DNA of 64,000 nt from NCBI GenBank assembly GCA_041687695.1, contig JAWLBL010000017.1, forward strand, positions 119,383 through 183,382. Reading direction: 5' to 3'. Below, piece by piece: positions 26,561-36,551 of the stretch. This stretch comes from Myxococcota bacterium. GTDB taxonomy: Bacteria; Myxococcota_A; UBA9042; PHBI01; JAWLBL01. The notes below the pieces were generated by a model that was not told the origin of the DNA, did not search any database, and was given only the letters and a program-made list of their open reading frames with translations. A program made the translations under genes and the position numbers. Within the stretch, counting starts at the first letter, position 1. Each line of letters starts with the position of its first letter.

Positions 26561-29500
26561 TCACAGGGCCCAGGCGGCCAGCCCCAACGCGGCCATCGTC
26601 GCGGCCAGCGCGCCGACGACGTAGGCGGCGCGGCTGGCGCGGCGCGGCTCGGCCAGGGTGACGGGCACCAGATCGTTGGCGGCGGCGACCACGCCCGGCA
26701 GCCAGGACCGCCGGGCCCGCTGGGCGAGGGCGAGCGCCTCGGCCGAGTGCAGCGCGCGCCGCCCCGTGAGGTCCGCGATCTGGCTGCGACACGAGAAGCC
26801 GTCGGCGATGATCACCGTATCGGGCGTGGCCTCGCGCACGGCCGGCGCCAGGACGCGCTCGGCCGCCGCGCAAGAGATCGCGTACTTGTCGTGCTCGTAG
26901 CCGAAGGAGCCCGCCATCCCGCAGCAGCCCGAGTCGGGCATGCGCGCGCCCAGGCCCATGCGCGCGAGCAGCCGCTCGTCGGCGTCGAAGCCGAGGACCG
27001 CCCGGTGATGGCAGTGGCCCTGCACCAGGGCCGGGTTGCCGAGGCGCGGCACGGCGTAGTCGGCCGCGTAGCGCTCCAGGAACTGGGCCAGGGTGAAGCT
27101 GCGCTCGGCCAGACGCCTGGCGTCTACGTCGTGGGGTAGCAGCCCGCGCAGCTCGTCGCGGAAGACGGCGAGGCAGCTCGGCTCGAGGCCGACCAGCGGC
27201 ACGCCCTCGCGGATGAGGGGCGCGAGCGAGGTCACGATGCGCGCGAGCCAGCGCCGGGCCCGGTCCAGCCAGCCGTAGTCGTACAAGGGCCGGCCACAGC
27301 AGAGCGCCTCGCGCGGGACCAGGACCTGGAACCCGGCGTCCTCGAGGATCTCGACCGCGGCCACCGCGGCGCCCGGCTCGAAGTGATTGTTGAACGTGTC
27401 CGGCCACAGGATGACGCGCGGAGCGCCCTCGTTGACCAGCGGGCGCGAGAAGAACCAACCTTTGAAGGTCCGCTGGGACAAGCGCGGCAGCGTCCGCTCC
27501 GGATGGACGCCCGCGATCTTCTTGGCGAGGGTCGACAGCGGCCGGGTGTGGGCCGCGAAGTTCGCCAGGCGCGGCGCCTTCGACGCGAGGCGCGCCCACC
27601 AGCTGATGAAGCCCATCGCGTAGGCGTGTCGCGGCCGAAGGCGGCGCGCGAAGTAGTGCGACAGGAACTCGGCCTTGTAGGTCGCCATGTCGACGCTCAC
27701 CGGGCACTCGCTCTTGCACGCCTTGCAGGCCAGGCACAGGTCGAGCGCGCCCTTGACGTCTTCCGAGCGCCAGCCCTCGGTGATCACCTCGCCGCGGGCC
27801 ATCTCCGACAGGATCCGCGCCCGCCCGCGTGTCGAGTGGATCTCCTCGCGCGTGACCTGATAGCTCGGACACATGGTGCCGCTGTCCGGGCGGCGGCACT
27901 TGCCCACGCCCACGCAGCGGTCGAAGGCCGACACGACGTTGAAGCCGTCGTCCGGGAACTGGAAGGTCGTCTCGAGCGGCGCCGGCGCCCAGTCGGGTCC
28001 GAACCTCAGGTTCGCGTCCAGCGGGTCCGCGTCGACGACCTTGCCCGGGTTCATCCTCCCGTCCGGATCCCAGGCGCGCTTGAAGGCGCGCATCGCCTCG
28101 ACCAGGCGCGCGCCGAACATGCGTCCGAGCAGCTCGCCCCGGGCCTGGCCGTCGCCGTGCTCGCCCGACAGCGAGCCGCCGTAGCGTCCGACGCACACCT
28201 CCGCGGCCTCCTCGACGAAGGCGCGGTACTTCGCCAACCCCTCGCTGCTCTCGAGGTCGAAGTCGACGCGGGTGTGCACACAGCCCTGCCCGAAGTGACC
28301 GTACAGCGCCGCCTCGTAGCCGTACGCGTCGTACAGCCGCCGCAGATCGCGCAGGTAGTCGCCGAGGGCCGCCGGCGGGACCGCCGAGTCCTCCCAGCCG
28401 GGCCAGGTGTCTCGTCCGCCCGGCACGCGGGCCGTCGCGCCCAGGCCCGACTCGCGGATCTCCCAGATGGCCTGGGCCTCCGCCGGATCCTCGTACAGCC
28501 GCATGCTCGGCCGGTCCCGGCGCCGCCCCAGGGCCGCCATGACCTCGCGCGCCCGCGCCAGGGCCTCCCGTCGGGACGCGCCGGCCATCTCCACCAGCAG
28601 CCAGCCCCCGCCCTCGGGCAACAGCCTCAGGTGCTCGACGTGCATGCCCTTGGCACGCAGCCGCTCGACCAGCATCCGGTCGACGCCCTCGAGCCCGATG
28701 GGGCCGAACCCGCCAATCTCCTCGATGTGATCGGCCGCCTCGTAAACGTCCCGATAGCCCAGCACCATCAGCGCGCGACCGCCCGGCTCGGGGACCAGCC
28801 GCACGCGCGCCTCCAGGATGGTCGCGCAGGTCCCCTCGGTGCCCACCAGCGCCTTGGCCAGATCGAAGCCCTGCTCTGGCAGCAGCGCGTCCAGGTTGAA
28901 GCCAGAGACACGGCGCGGGATGTCGGGGAAGCGGGCCCGGATCTCGTCGGCGTGGTCGGCGGCGATGCGGGCGAGCGTCGCGTACAGCTCGCCGCGGCGG
29001 CCGCCCTCGGCGACGATGCGCGCGAGGACGTCGGGCGGGGTCGGGCCGACGGTCAGGCGCAGGCCGTCGTAGGTCAGGACGTCCAGCGCGACGACGTTGT
29101 CCGAGGTGCGGCCCGCCATCTGCGCATGGACGCCGCAGGCGTTGTTGCCCAGCATGCCGCCAAAGGTGCAGTACTTGTGGGTCGCGGGATCCGGGCCCCA
29201 GGTCAGCCCGTAGACGTTGGCCGCTTCCCTGACCGAGTCGCACGTCGCGCCCGGGGCCACGCGCGCCCAGCGGCCGTCGGGATCGATCTCGACCACGTCG
29301 CGCAGGCGCTTGGAGACGTCGATGACGACGGCGACGTTGCAGCACTGTCCGGCCAGGCTGGTGCCGCCGCCCCTGGGCAGGACGGGGGCGCCGTGCGCAC
29401 GACAGACGGCGACCGCCGCCGCGACGTCGTCTACGTCGGCGGGGATCACGACCCCGATGGGGGGCTGGCGGTAGTTGGAGGCGTCGGTCGCGTAGGCGGC

Positions 29501-29590
29501 GCGGGTGCCGGCGTCGAAGCGGACCTCGCCGCGGACCTGGCGCCGCAGGTCGGCCTCGAGGGCGCGCGCCCGCTGCATGGCGTCGGGCAT
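26561..29590 (-). CDS. FAD-binding and 4Fe-4S oxidoreductase (GlcD/GlcF fusion, YdiJ-like)
   Basis: YATDASNY, RGGGTSLAGQ, YGHFGQGC, SGEHGDG, CVGVGKC, CLACKACKSECP, CCG domains. Confidence 0.95.
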   Translation of the reverse strand: MPDAMQRARALEADLRRQVRGEVRFDAGTRAAYATDASNYRQPPIGVVIPADVDDVAAAVAVCRAHGAPVLPRGGGTSLAGQCCNVAVVIDVSKRLRDVVEIDPDGRWARVAPGATCDSVREAANVYGLTWGPDPATHKYCTFGGMLGNNACGVHAQMAGRTSDNVVALDVLTYDGLRLTVGPTPPDVLARIVAEGGRRGELYATLARIAADHADEIRARFPDIPRRVSGFNLDALLPEQGFDLAKALVGTEGTCATILEARVRLVPEPGGRALMVLGYRDVYEAADHIEEIGGFGPIGLEGVDRMLVERLRAKGMHVEHLRLLPEGGGWLLVEMAGASRREALARAREVMAALGRRRDRPSMRLYEDPAEAQAIWEIRESGLGATARVPGGRDTWPGWEDSAVPPAALGDYLRDLRRLYDAYGYEAALYGHFGQGCVHTRVDFDLESSEGLAKYRAFVEEAAEVCVGRYGGSLSGEHGDGQARGELLGRMFGARLVEAMRAFKRAWDPDGRMNPGKVVDADPLDANLRFGPDWAPAPLETTFQFPDDGFNVVSAFDRCVGVGKCRRPDSGTMCPSYQVTREEIHSTRGRARILSEMARGEVITEGWRSEDVKGALDLCLACKACKSECPVSVDMATYKAEFLSHYFARRLRPRHAYAMGFISWWARLASKAPRLANFAAHTRPLSTLAKKIAGVHPERTLPRLSQRTFKGWFFSRPLVNEGAPRVILWPDTFNNHFEPGAAVAAVEILEDAGFQVLVPREALCCGRPLYDYGWLDRARRWLARIVTSLAPLIREGVPLVGLEPSCLAVFRDELRGLLPHDVDARRLAERSFTLAQFLERYAADYAVPRLGNPALVQGHCHHRAVLGFDADERLLARMGLGARMPDSGCCGMAGSFGYEHDKYAISCAAAERVLAPAVREATPDTVIIADGFSCRSQIADLTGRRALHSAEALALAQRARRSWLPGVVAAANDLVPVTLAEPRRASRAAYVVGALAATMAALGLAAWAL

Positions 29591-29599
29591 GGGAGCCTC

Positions 29600-30694
29600 C
29601 TAGACGGCGAACCTCGCGGCGTCCGCTCGCTCGAGCTCGAAGCCGAGCCCGGGGCGCGAGGGATCGGGCCGCAGGACGCCGCCTACGGGGATGCGGGCGC
29701 CGTCGAAGAGCAGGGCCTCGAGGCGCGCATGGTCGTGGAAGTACTCGACGTGCCGCGCCTGGCCGACCGCGCAGCACAGAGAGGTGTGCAGGGTGGGGGC
29801 GGTGTGCGCGGAGACGGGGACGCCGAACGCCTCGCAGAGGTGGGCGGCGCGGAGGAAGCCCGTCACCCCGCCGCAGCGGGTCGCGTCCGGTTGCATCACG
29901 TCGACCGCGCCGGCCTCGAGCAGCCGGCGGAACGCTTCGAGATCCCAGGCGTACTCGCCCGCGGCGATCTCCATGCCAGCGGGCGCGCGCGTTCGGACGA
30001 GGCGCAGGCCATCGACGTCTTGCGACGAGACCGGCTCCTCGAACCAGGTCACCCCGGCCTCCGCGAACCGCGCGGCCTGGGCCAGCGCGCGTTGCGCCGT
30101 GTGGGCGCCGTTGGCGTCGACGACCAGCGCGGCCTCGGGGCCGATGGCCGCTCGGGCGGCGCGCACGCGCTCCGGGTCGGCCTCGGGATCGGCGCCGACC
30201 TTCATCTTCACGGCCGTCAGGCCCTGAGCGACCCAGCTGGCCAGCTGCTCCTGGAGGCGTGCGGCCGGGTAGTTGGTGAAGCCGCCGCTGCCATAGGCGG
30301 CGACCGAGGCGCGCACCTGGCCCAGCAGCTTCACCAGGGGCAGGTCGAGCAGCCGACCCTTCAGGTCCCACAGCGCCACGTCGACGGCGCTGAGGGCCAT
30401 CGAGGCCAGGCCCGGCCGGCCGAGATTGCGGCCGGCGCGCGCCATCGCCTCGTAGGCCGCCGCCACGTCGAGGGCGTCGAGGCCCAGCACGGCGGGCGCG
30501 AGGGTCTCGCGGACGAGCGCCGGCACGCAGCGGTGCGCGTAGGTGTAGCCGAGCCCGGTCACGCCGCCTGCCGTCACCTCGGCGACGACGAGCGTGGTGT
30601 GGTCCCACGTGAGGGTGCCGTCCGCCTCGGGCCCCTCGGTCGGCACCACGAAGGCGGACGCCTCGACGCGGGTGATGGGCGCGGCCGGTCGCAC
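29600..30694 (-). CDS. Mandelate racemase subgroup enolase-superfamily enzyme
   Basis: DVALWDLKG, KMK, DANG, FEEP, AGEY, QPD, SAH catalytic pattern. Confidence 0.92.
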   Translation of the reverse strand: MRPAAPITRVEASAFVVPTEGPEADGTLTWDHTTLVVAEVTAGGVTGLGYTYAHRCVPALVRETLAPAVLGLDALDVAAAYEAMARAGRNLGRPGLASMALSAVDVALWDLKGRLLDLPLVKLLGQVRASVAAYGSGGFTNYPAARLQEQLASWVAQGLTAVKMKVGADPEADPERVRAARAAIGPEAALVVDANGAHTAQRALAQAARFAEAGVTWFEEPVSSQDVDGLRLVRTRAPAGMEIAAGEYAWDLEAFRRLLEAGAVDVMQPDATRCGGVTGFLRAAHLCEAFGVPVSAHTAPTLHTSLCCAVGQARHVEYFHDHARLEALLFDGARIPVGGVLRPDPSRPGLGFELERADAARFAV

Positions 30695-30695
30695 G

Positions 30696-32498
30696 TCAGC
30701 GCTTGCGGCCGTTGCCGTTGCGGCGCGGCATCCAGCTGGCGAACAGGCCCTTGAGCGAGTGACGGACCGCGCTGCGGCCGGCCGGGTCGCCCTTGATGAG
30801 GGTCTGCAGGTACTTGGCGGCCTGCTCGGGCTTGATGTGCGGCGGCAGCGGCGGCACCTCGGGGTCGGTGCGGGCCTCGAGCACCACCGGGCGGTCCGCC
30901 CGCAGCGCCTCGTCCCAGGCCGGGCCGACGTGGCGCGGGTCGTCGACCTTCAGGCCGCGCAGCCCGATGGCCTCGGCGAAGGCCGCATAGGGGAAGTCGG
31001 GCAGCACCTGCGTCTGCTCGACCTTGGGGTAGCCGCCCATGACGCGCTGCTCCCAGGTGACCTGGTTCAGATCGTGGTTGTTCAGGACCAGCACGATGAG
31101 CCGCGGGTCTCGGAACCGGTCGCGGTACTTGGCGATGGTCAGCAGCTCGTTCATTCCGTTCATTTGCATGGCGCCGTCGCCGACCAGCGCGATGACCGGC
31201 CGGTCCGGGTAGGCCATCTTCGCAGCGATGGCGTAGGGGACGCCGCAGCCCATCGTGGCGAGGTTGCCCGAGATCGAGGCCATCATCGTGGGCTCGAGCA
31301 CGAGGTCGCGGGCGAACCAGTTGGCGCTCGACCCCGAGTCGCACGTCAGGATGACGTCGCGGGGCAGGCGCGAGGACAGCTCGTAGAAGACGCGCTGCGG
31401 GTTGATGGGCGTGGCGTCCATCAGCGCGCGCGTCCGCACCACGTCACGCCACTGCGCGACGGAGCGCTCGATCTTCTCGCGCCAGGCCCGGCCCTGTTTG
31501 CGCTGCAGCATCGGGATGAGGGCGCGCAGGGTCTCGCGTGCGTCGCCGCACAGGTTGACCTCCATGGGGTAGCGCAGCGACAGCATGCGCCCGTCGATGT
31601 CGATCTGGACGCCGCGGGCCTGCCCGTCCTCGGGCAGGAACTCGGAGTACGGGAAGCTGGAGCCGACCATCAGCAGCGTGTCGCAGCCGTCCATGAGGTC
31701 CCAGCTGGGCTTGGTCCCGAGCAGGCCGATGGCGCCGGTGACGAAGGGCAGGGCGTCGGGCAGCACGGCGCGTCCGAGCAGGGCCTTGGCCACGCCCGCG
31801 CCGAGCAGATCGGCCGCGTGCAGCACCTCCTCCTGCGCGCCCTTGGCGCCGGCGCCGACCAGGATGGCCACGCGCTCGCCCGCGTTGAGCACCTCGGCGG
31901 CCTCTCGCAGGTCCTCCTCGTGCGGCAGGATGCGCGGCGGCCGGTAGCCGATGCCGGTCACGACCGCGCCGTGCTTGCGCGGCGGGTCGTGCTCGGCGTC
32001 CATGTCCTGGACGTCGGCCGGGACGATGATGCAGGTCACGCAGCGCTCGCTCATGGCGATGCGCACCGCCCGATCGACCAGCGTCCGCGCCTGCAGCGGC
32101 GTCGTCAGCATGTGGACGTATTCGCCGGCCACGTCCTTGAACAGCGAGATGAGGTCCACCTCCTGCTGGTAGCTGCCGCCGATGGACATCTGCTTCTGCT
32201 GGCCGACGATGGCGACGACCGGCTGGTGGTCCATCTTGGCGTCGTACAGGCCGTTGAGCAGGTGGATGGCGCCGGGGCCGCTGGTCGCGACGCACAGCCC
32301 GACCTCGCCCGTGAACTTGGCGTGCCCGCAGGCCATGAACGCCGCCATCTCCTCGTGCCGCGCCTGGATGAACTCGACGGCGTCGGTGCGTCCGAAGGCG
32401 CCGACGAGGCCGTTGATGCCGTCGCCGGGGTAGCCGTAGGCTCGGCGGATTCCCCAGGCGCTCAGGCGCTCGAGCATGTAGTCGCTGACGGTCGGCAT
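30696..32498 (-). CDS. Thiamine pyrophosphate-requiring enzyme (pyruvate oxidase/PoxB-like)
   Basis: GYPGDGING, RHEEMAAF, TSGPGAIHLLNGLYDA, GDGAMQM...NN TPP motif. Confidence 0.95.
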   Translation of the reverse strand: MPTVSDYMLERLSAWGIRRAYGYPGDGINGLVGAFGRTDAVEFIQARHEEMAAFMACGHAKFTGEVGLCVATSGPGAIHLLNGLYDAKMDHQPVVAIVGQQKQMSIGGSYQQEVDLISLFKDVAGEYVHMLTTPLQARTLVDRAVRIAMSERCVTCIIVPADVQDMDAEHDPPRKHGAVVTGIGYRPPRILPHEEDLREAAEVLNAGERVAILVGAGAKGAQEEVLHAADLLGAGVAKALLGRAVLPDALPFVTGAIGLLGTKPSWDLMDGCDTLLMVGSSFPYSEFLPEDGQARGVQIDIDGRMLSLRYPMEVNLCGDARETLRALIPMLQRKQGRAWREKIERSVAQWRDVVRTRALMDATPINPQRVFYELSSRLPRDVILTCDSGSSANWFARDLVLEPTMMASISGNLATMGCGVPYAIAAKMAYPDRPVIALVGDGAMQMNGMNELLTIAKYRDRFRDPRLIVLVLNNHDLNQVTWEQRVMGGYPKVEQTQVLPDFPYAAFAEAIGLRGLKVDDPRHVGPAWDEALRADRPVVLEARTDPEVPPLPPHIKPEQAAKYLQTLIKGDPAGRSAVRHSLKGLFASWMPRRNGNGRKR

Positions 32499-32556
32499 GG
32501 CTTCCTCCTGGGCGGGTCGGGGCGCCGCAACGGGCCGGCGCGGGCGTGGGCGGAGC

Positions 32557-32955
32557 TCAGGTGTCGGAGGCCCACGCGACGGTGGTCATGAGCGCGTTCT
32601 CGGCCTGGCGCGAGTCGAGGCGCGTGTGCTGCACGACGATGGGCACGTCCGATCGGATGACGCTGGCGAAGTCGGTGCCGCGCGGCACGGGCTCCGGGTC
32701 GGTCAGGTCGTCGAAGCGGACGTGCAGCGTGCGGCGCGCCGGGACGACCAGGCGGTATGGGCCGGCGGGCTCGCGGTCGACGAAGTACACGGTCAGCTCG
32801 ACGTGGGCGTCGCGGTCGCCCGCGTTCAGCAGGCACGCCGTCTCGTGGCTGGCCAGCTCGGGCTCGGGCCCCGTGCTCCACGTCGGCAGGTACCCCTCGG
32901 CGATGGCCCAGGTGCGACGGCCGACCGCCGCCGAGGCGTGAGGGTCTGGTGGCAT
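32557..32955 (-). CDS. Sensory rhodopsin transducer (ASRT) family protein
   Basis: GRRTWAIAEGYLP...SHETACLLN...SDVPIVVQHTRLDSRQAENAL. Confidence 0.9.
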   Translation of the reverse strand: MPPDPHASAAVGRRTWAIAEGYLPTWSTGPEPELASHETACLLNAGDRDAHVELTVYFVDREPAGPYRLVVPARRTLHVRFDDLTDPEPVPRGTDFASVIRSDVPIVVQHTRLDSRQAENALMTTVAWASDT

Positions 32956-33120
32956 GCGCGGGGCTCCTGACGAGGTCCAGCGGGCGAAGGTGACCGGCGG
33001 GCGCGATGGGGACCTGCATCGCCCGCCTGTCTCGGGCTTCCATCGGCACGCGCCCCGCCGCCGGCAAGGCGCGCAGCACGTCGCTGGTCTGCGGGCCGGT
33101 CTGCGCGCTAGCATCCCGCC

Positions 33121-33639
33121 ATGGCTTCGTCGCTCCTCCTCCGCCGCTTCGCCCCCGTGGCCGTGATGGTCGTGGCGCTCGCGTGCGACGACGGCGGCTC
33201 GGCCCCGCCCCCGGGGCCGCCCTTCGAGGCCGCGGCCCTCGCGCTGGGCGTCAACCCGCCTGGCGCCGAGGCGCCGCACGGCTTCACCGAGATCCCGGAC
33301 GGCGGCGTCCTGCCCATCGTCCGCGGCGAGCAGGGCCTGTGGATGATCTCGCTGGCGCTGCGCGCGCCCAACCCCACCCACGGCACCTTCGCGCTCGAGG
33401 TGGACCTGCGCGACGGCGACCAGCCGCTGGCCACGCTGCAACGCAGCCGCCAGCGCTTCGTCGTGGCCGACGACGGCTACGCCTACTACTACGATGCCTG
33501 GCTCGTCTTCGAGGGCCTCTTCACCACCGGCGCCCCGGTCACCCTGACGGTCCGCTGCGCCGACTCGGACGGACACGTGGTCGCGGTGACCCGATCGGCG
33601 CGCCTCGACGCTGCGAAGCCCGCCGAACGGGGGGACTGA
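33121..33639 (+). CDS. Hypothetical lipoprotein
   Basis: Lipobox ALAC; LPIVRGEQGLWMI. Confidence 0.65.
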   Translation: MASSLLLRRFAPVAVMVVALACDDGGSAPPPGPPFEAAALALGVNPPGAEAPHGFTEIPDGGVLPIVRGEQGLWMISLALRAPNPTHGTFALEVDLRDGDQPLATLQRSRQRFVVADDGYAYYYDAWLVFEGLFTTGAPVTLTVRCADSDGHVVAVTRSARLDAAKPAERGD

Positions 33640-33708
33640 ACGCCCGGACGCGAGTGTGCTAGGTTTGGCCCACGACGCGGCGGGACCGGACGGCAGCGGA
33701 GGCGCGAG

Positions 33709-34326
33709 ATGAGCTTCGACGTAGCGAGCCTTGTGGGGACGTGGCTGGTCGGATCACCGGGGCAGCCCCCGCGCTGGGTGGCCCGGGTGACCGCCGACGG
33801 CGTGCAGGCGGAGCGGCTCGAGGGCGGGCGCCCCCAGCGCCTGGGGTTCGAGATCGTCACCGCCGCCCCAGGTCAGCTGGGCGTCCTCGCGATCTCGGGG
33901 CAGGCCTCGCTGCCCGCCCGCGTCGTGCTGATCGGCGATGGGCCGCGCGCCGCCTGGTTGGCCGTGGACGGCCGCCGCGACCTCGCCGAAGCGCGTCGGG
34001 CCGGGGCCGTGCCGGAGGCGCTCCGGGGGCGCTGGACGATGCGCCGCTTCGACCACGAGGACGCCCGTGACGAGGTCGAGCTGACCGGGGACACGATCGC
34101 GTTCGTCCGCGGCGACGAGCGCGACGAACACCCGGTCCATGCGATCTCCGACGGCGAGGGCGTCTGCGACCTCGTCGCGGCGCGCGCCGGGCGCGACCCC
34201 GTCGCGCTGCGGCTCGTGGCGGCGAGCGACGGGCGGTGGTGGGCCGTCGAGGGCGATGGCGCCCGCGGCTACGAATTCGCGCCGGTCGCCGAGCCCGTGG
34301 TGCCCGCGCAGCAGGAGCGGCCGTGA
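33709..34326 (+). CDS. Hypothetical protein with two beta-rich repeats
   Basis: GGAGG RBS; LVGTW and LRGRW repeat starts; GTGA overlap with the next gene. Confidence 0.65.
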   Translation: MSFDVASLVGTWLVGSPGQPPRWVARVTADGVQAERLEGGRPQRLGFEIVTAAPGQLGVLAISGQASLPARVVLIGDGPRAAWLAVDGRRDLAEARRAGAVPEALRGRWTMRRFDHEDARDEVELTGDTIAFVRGDERDEHPVHAISDGEGVCDLVAARAGRDPVALRLVAASDGRWWAVEGDGARGYEFAPVAEPVVPAQQERP

Positions 34327-35423
34327 TCACGATCCCCGGCTTCGACGTCGACCCGCAGCCGGCCTTCCGCGGCCAGCACTCCGTGACCTACCGCGCGCGG
34401 CTCCGCACGCCGGTCGGCAACGCCTTCCATCAACCGCGCGCCATCAAGGTGCTCGAGGCCAACGCCGCCGAGTCGCACCTGCTCGAGGGCGCCTTCAAGA
34501 ACGCCGCGCGCGCCATCGCCCGCCTCGGCAACACCTTCGGCGTGCCGGTCATCTGGGACGCCCTGCGCGTCGAGGACGGCCGCCTCGCGCTCGTCACCAC
34601 CTGGGTGGACGGCGTCGGGCTGGGCCGAGCGCTGCGCGACCGGTTCCCCGACGGCGACGCCCCGGCCTGGTTCGGCCTCGGCGTCGGCTTCGAGCTGGCG
34701 CGGCTGCTCGAGCACGCGGCCGCGCGCGGCGTCGTCCACGGCGACGTCCGGCCGCGGCACGTCCTCGTCAGCGAGGCGGGGGTGTGGCTCGCGGACTGGG
34801 CGATCGACCTCGAGCTCGATCGCCTCGGGACCTTCGCCACGGGGCGCCTCAGCCCCGGTCTGCTCTACCGGGCGCCCGAGCGGCGGCTCGACCGCGACGT
34901 CTCGCCGGCCGCCGACGTCTACAGCCTGGCCGCCGTGGTCTATCGCCTGTTGACCGGCCGCCTCCCGTTCACGGTCGACACCGGCCACCTGTGGGAGGTC
35001 ACGCCCGGGCGCCTGCCGGCCGAGCTGCTCGGCGAGGTCGACACGCTGGTCCGCCGCGCCCTGCTGGAGGTCCCCGCCCGCCGTCCGCGCGCTGCCGAGC
35101 TGCGCGCCGCCCTGCAGACCGCGATCTTCCGCCTCGAGCCCGGCTACGACGCCTCCCTGCTCGCCCGGGCGTGCCACGTGGGCGCGCCCAGCGAGACGCC
35201 CGAGCGCGAGCGTACGCGGGTCCTCGAGGCGGTCGCCCCGCCGCTCGAGGCCACGCGCGTCCTGCCGTCGGTCGCCGACGCGACGCCGCTCCCCGCCGCC
35301 CCGCCGCGCCTGCAGCCCCTCGAGGCGCCGTCGGACCTCGAGGGGCCGGACCTCGCGCAGCGCCTCGGGCGCATCGAGGCGCTCCTGCAGCGTCTGGTCG
35401 AGGCGGACACGCGGTCGCGCTGA
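34323..35423 (+). CDS. Ser/Thr kinase-like protein, probable pseudokinase
   Basis: RAIKVL, VHGDVRPRHVLV, LADWA, YRAPE, ADVYSLA, LLTGRLPF. Confidence 0.85.
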   Translation: MITIPGFDVDPQPAFRGQHSVTYRARLRTPVGNAFHQPRAIKVLEANAAESHLLEGAFKNAARAIARLGNTFGVPVIWDALRVEDGRLALVTTWVDGVGLGRALRDRFPDGDAPAWFGLGVGFELARLLEHAAARGVVHGDVRPRHVLVSEAGVWLADWAIDLELDRLGTFATGRLSPGLLYRAPERRLDRDVSPAADVYSLAAVVYRLLTGRLPFTVDTGHLWEVTPGRLPAELLGEVDTLVRRALLEVPARRPRAAELRAALQTAIFRLEPGYDASLLARACHVGAPSETPERERTRVLEAVAPPLEATRVLPSVADATPLPAAPPRLQPLEAPSDLEGPDLAQRLGRIEALLQRLVEADTRSR

Positions 35424-35489
35424 CCACCCGGCCGCGTCGACGCCCGGTTTCTGGGCGTTCTCGGCCGGCTCGGGTAGGCTCGCGCGCCT

Positions 35490-35894
35490 ATGGTGTCCAT
35501 GATTTCGCACAGTTCGCCAGTTCGGCCCATCTTGCTCGTCGAGGACGACAACGACATCGCGCAGACCGTGCGCGAGGTGCTCGAGGACGAGGGATACCGG
35601 GTCGTGCGCGCCCGCAACGGCGCCGACGCCCTGCAGCTGCTCCGCCGGGGGCCGGGCTGGTCCGTCATCCTCCTCGATCTGATGATGCCCGTGATGGACG
35701 GGTGGGACTTCCGGGCCCGCCAGCTGGCCGCGGGCCTGCACACGCGCGTCCCGCTGGTCGTCCTGTCTGGAGCCGGGCAGCTCGCCCGGCGCACCGAGGG
35801 CCTGCGCGCCCACGCCGTGATGGACAAGCCCTTCCAGCTGCTCGCGCTCATCGACGTCGTCGAGCGGCTCACGCGAGTCGAAGCGGCGGTGTAA
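35490..35894 (+). CDS. Single-domain response regulator
   Basis: ILLVEDD, LLDLMMPVMDG, VLSG, DKPF. Confidence 0.95.
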   Translation: MVSMISHSSPVRPILLVEDDNDIAQTVREVLEDEGYRVVRARNGADALQLLRRGPGWSVILLDLMMPVMDGWDFRARQLAAGLHTRVPLVVLSGAGQLARRTEGLRAHAVMDKPFQLLALIDVVERLTRVEAAV

Positions 35895-35916
35895 CGTTTC
35901 GGCGGCCTCGCGCGTG
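35890..35916 (+). promoter_or_regulatory. Putative ECF41-dependent promoter
   Basis: TGTAACG-N16-CGTG upstream of the CMD gene, close to the ECF41 consensus TGTCACA-N16-CGTC. Confidence 0.55.
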
Positions 35917-35972
35917 AACGGTCGACGCCCCCCGAGCCCGGGGGGCGCGATCCACGTCCGAAGGAGCCTCCG

Positions 35973-36551
35973 ATGCGCCTGAACCCCCTCGATCGTCCCC
36001 GCTCGCTGCTGGTCCGCCTCGGCTTCGCCGCCTCGCGTCGCCGCTATGGGCAGGTCCTGCCGCCCCTGTCGGTGCTGTACGCGCGCCTGCCGCGCCTGCT
36101 CCGGCCGCAGCTCGGCCTGCTGCGCCTCGCCGGGGCGGGGCTGACCCTCGATCGGCGCCTGGCCCGCCTCCTCGAGATCCACGTCTCGCAGCTCAACGGC
36201 TGCTCGTTCTGCGGCGATCTCCACCGGTTCGAGGCGCGCCGCGACGGCGTCACGGCCGAGCTGCTGGCCGAGCTGCCCCGTCACGACGTCAGCGACCGCT
36301 TCCCGCCCTCCGAGCGGGCCGCGCTCGCCTTCGCCGAGGCCCTGGTGCGTGATCGGCGGGCCGACGACGCCCTCTGGGACGCGGTCCGCGCGCACCACGA
36401 CGACCGGGCCGTGGCCGAGATCGTCTGGCTCGTGGCCTTCGTCGGCTACCTCAACCACCTGGCGACCGCGCTCGAGCTGCCCTCGGCCGGCCTGTGCGCC
36501 TTGCCCTCCGCCGCGTCGCCGCCCGACGCGCTCGTGCGGGGACGCGCATGA
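35973..36551 (+). CDS. Carboxymuconolactone decarboxylase/AhpD family protein
   Basis: VSQLNGCSFCGDLH; SERAALAFAEAL. Confidence 0.9.
   Translation: MRLNPLDRPRSLLVRLGFAASRRRYGQVLPPLSVLYARLPRLLRPQLGLLRLAGAGLTLDRRLARLLEIHVSQLNGCSFCGDLHRFEARRDGVTAELLAELPRHDVSDRFPPSERAALAFAEALVRDRRADDALWDAVRAHHDDRAVAEIVWLVAFVGYLNHLATALELPSAGLCALPSAASPPDALVRGRA

Noticed and set aside
35490..35894. Cognate pairing of the response regulator with the PAS kinase at 48.6-50.5 kb
   Set aside because: They are 13 kb apart and nothing in the sequence supports specificity.
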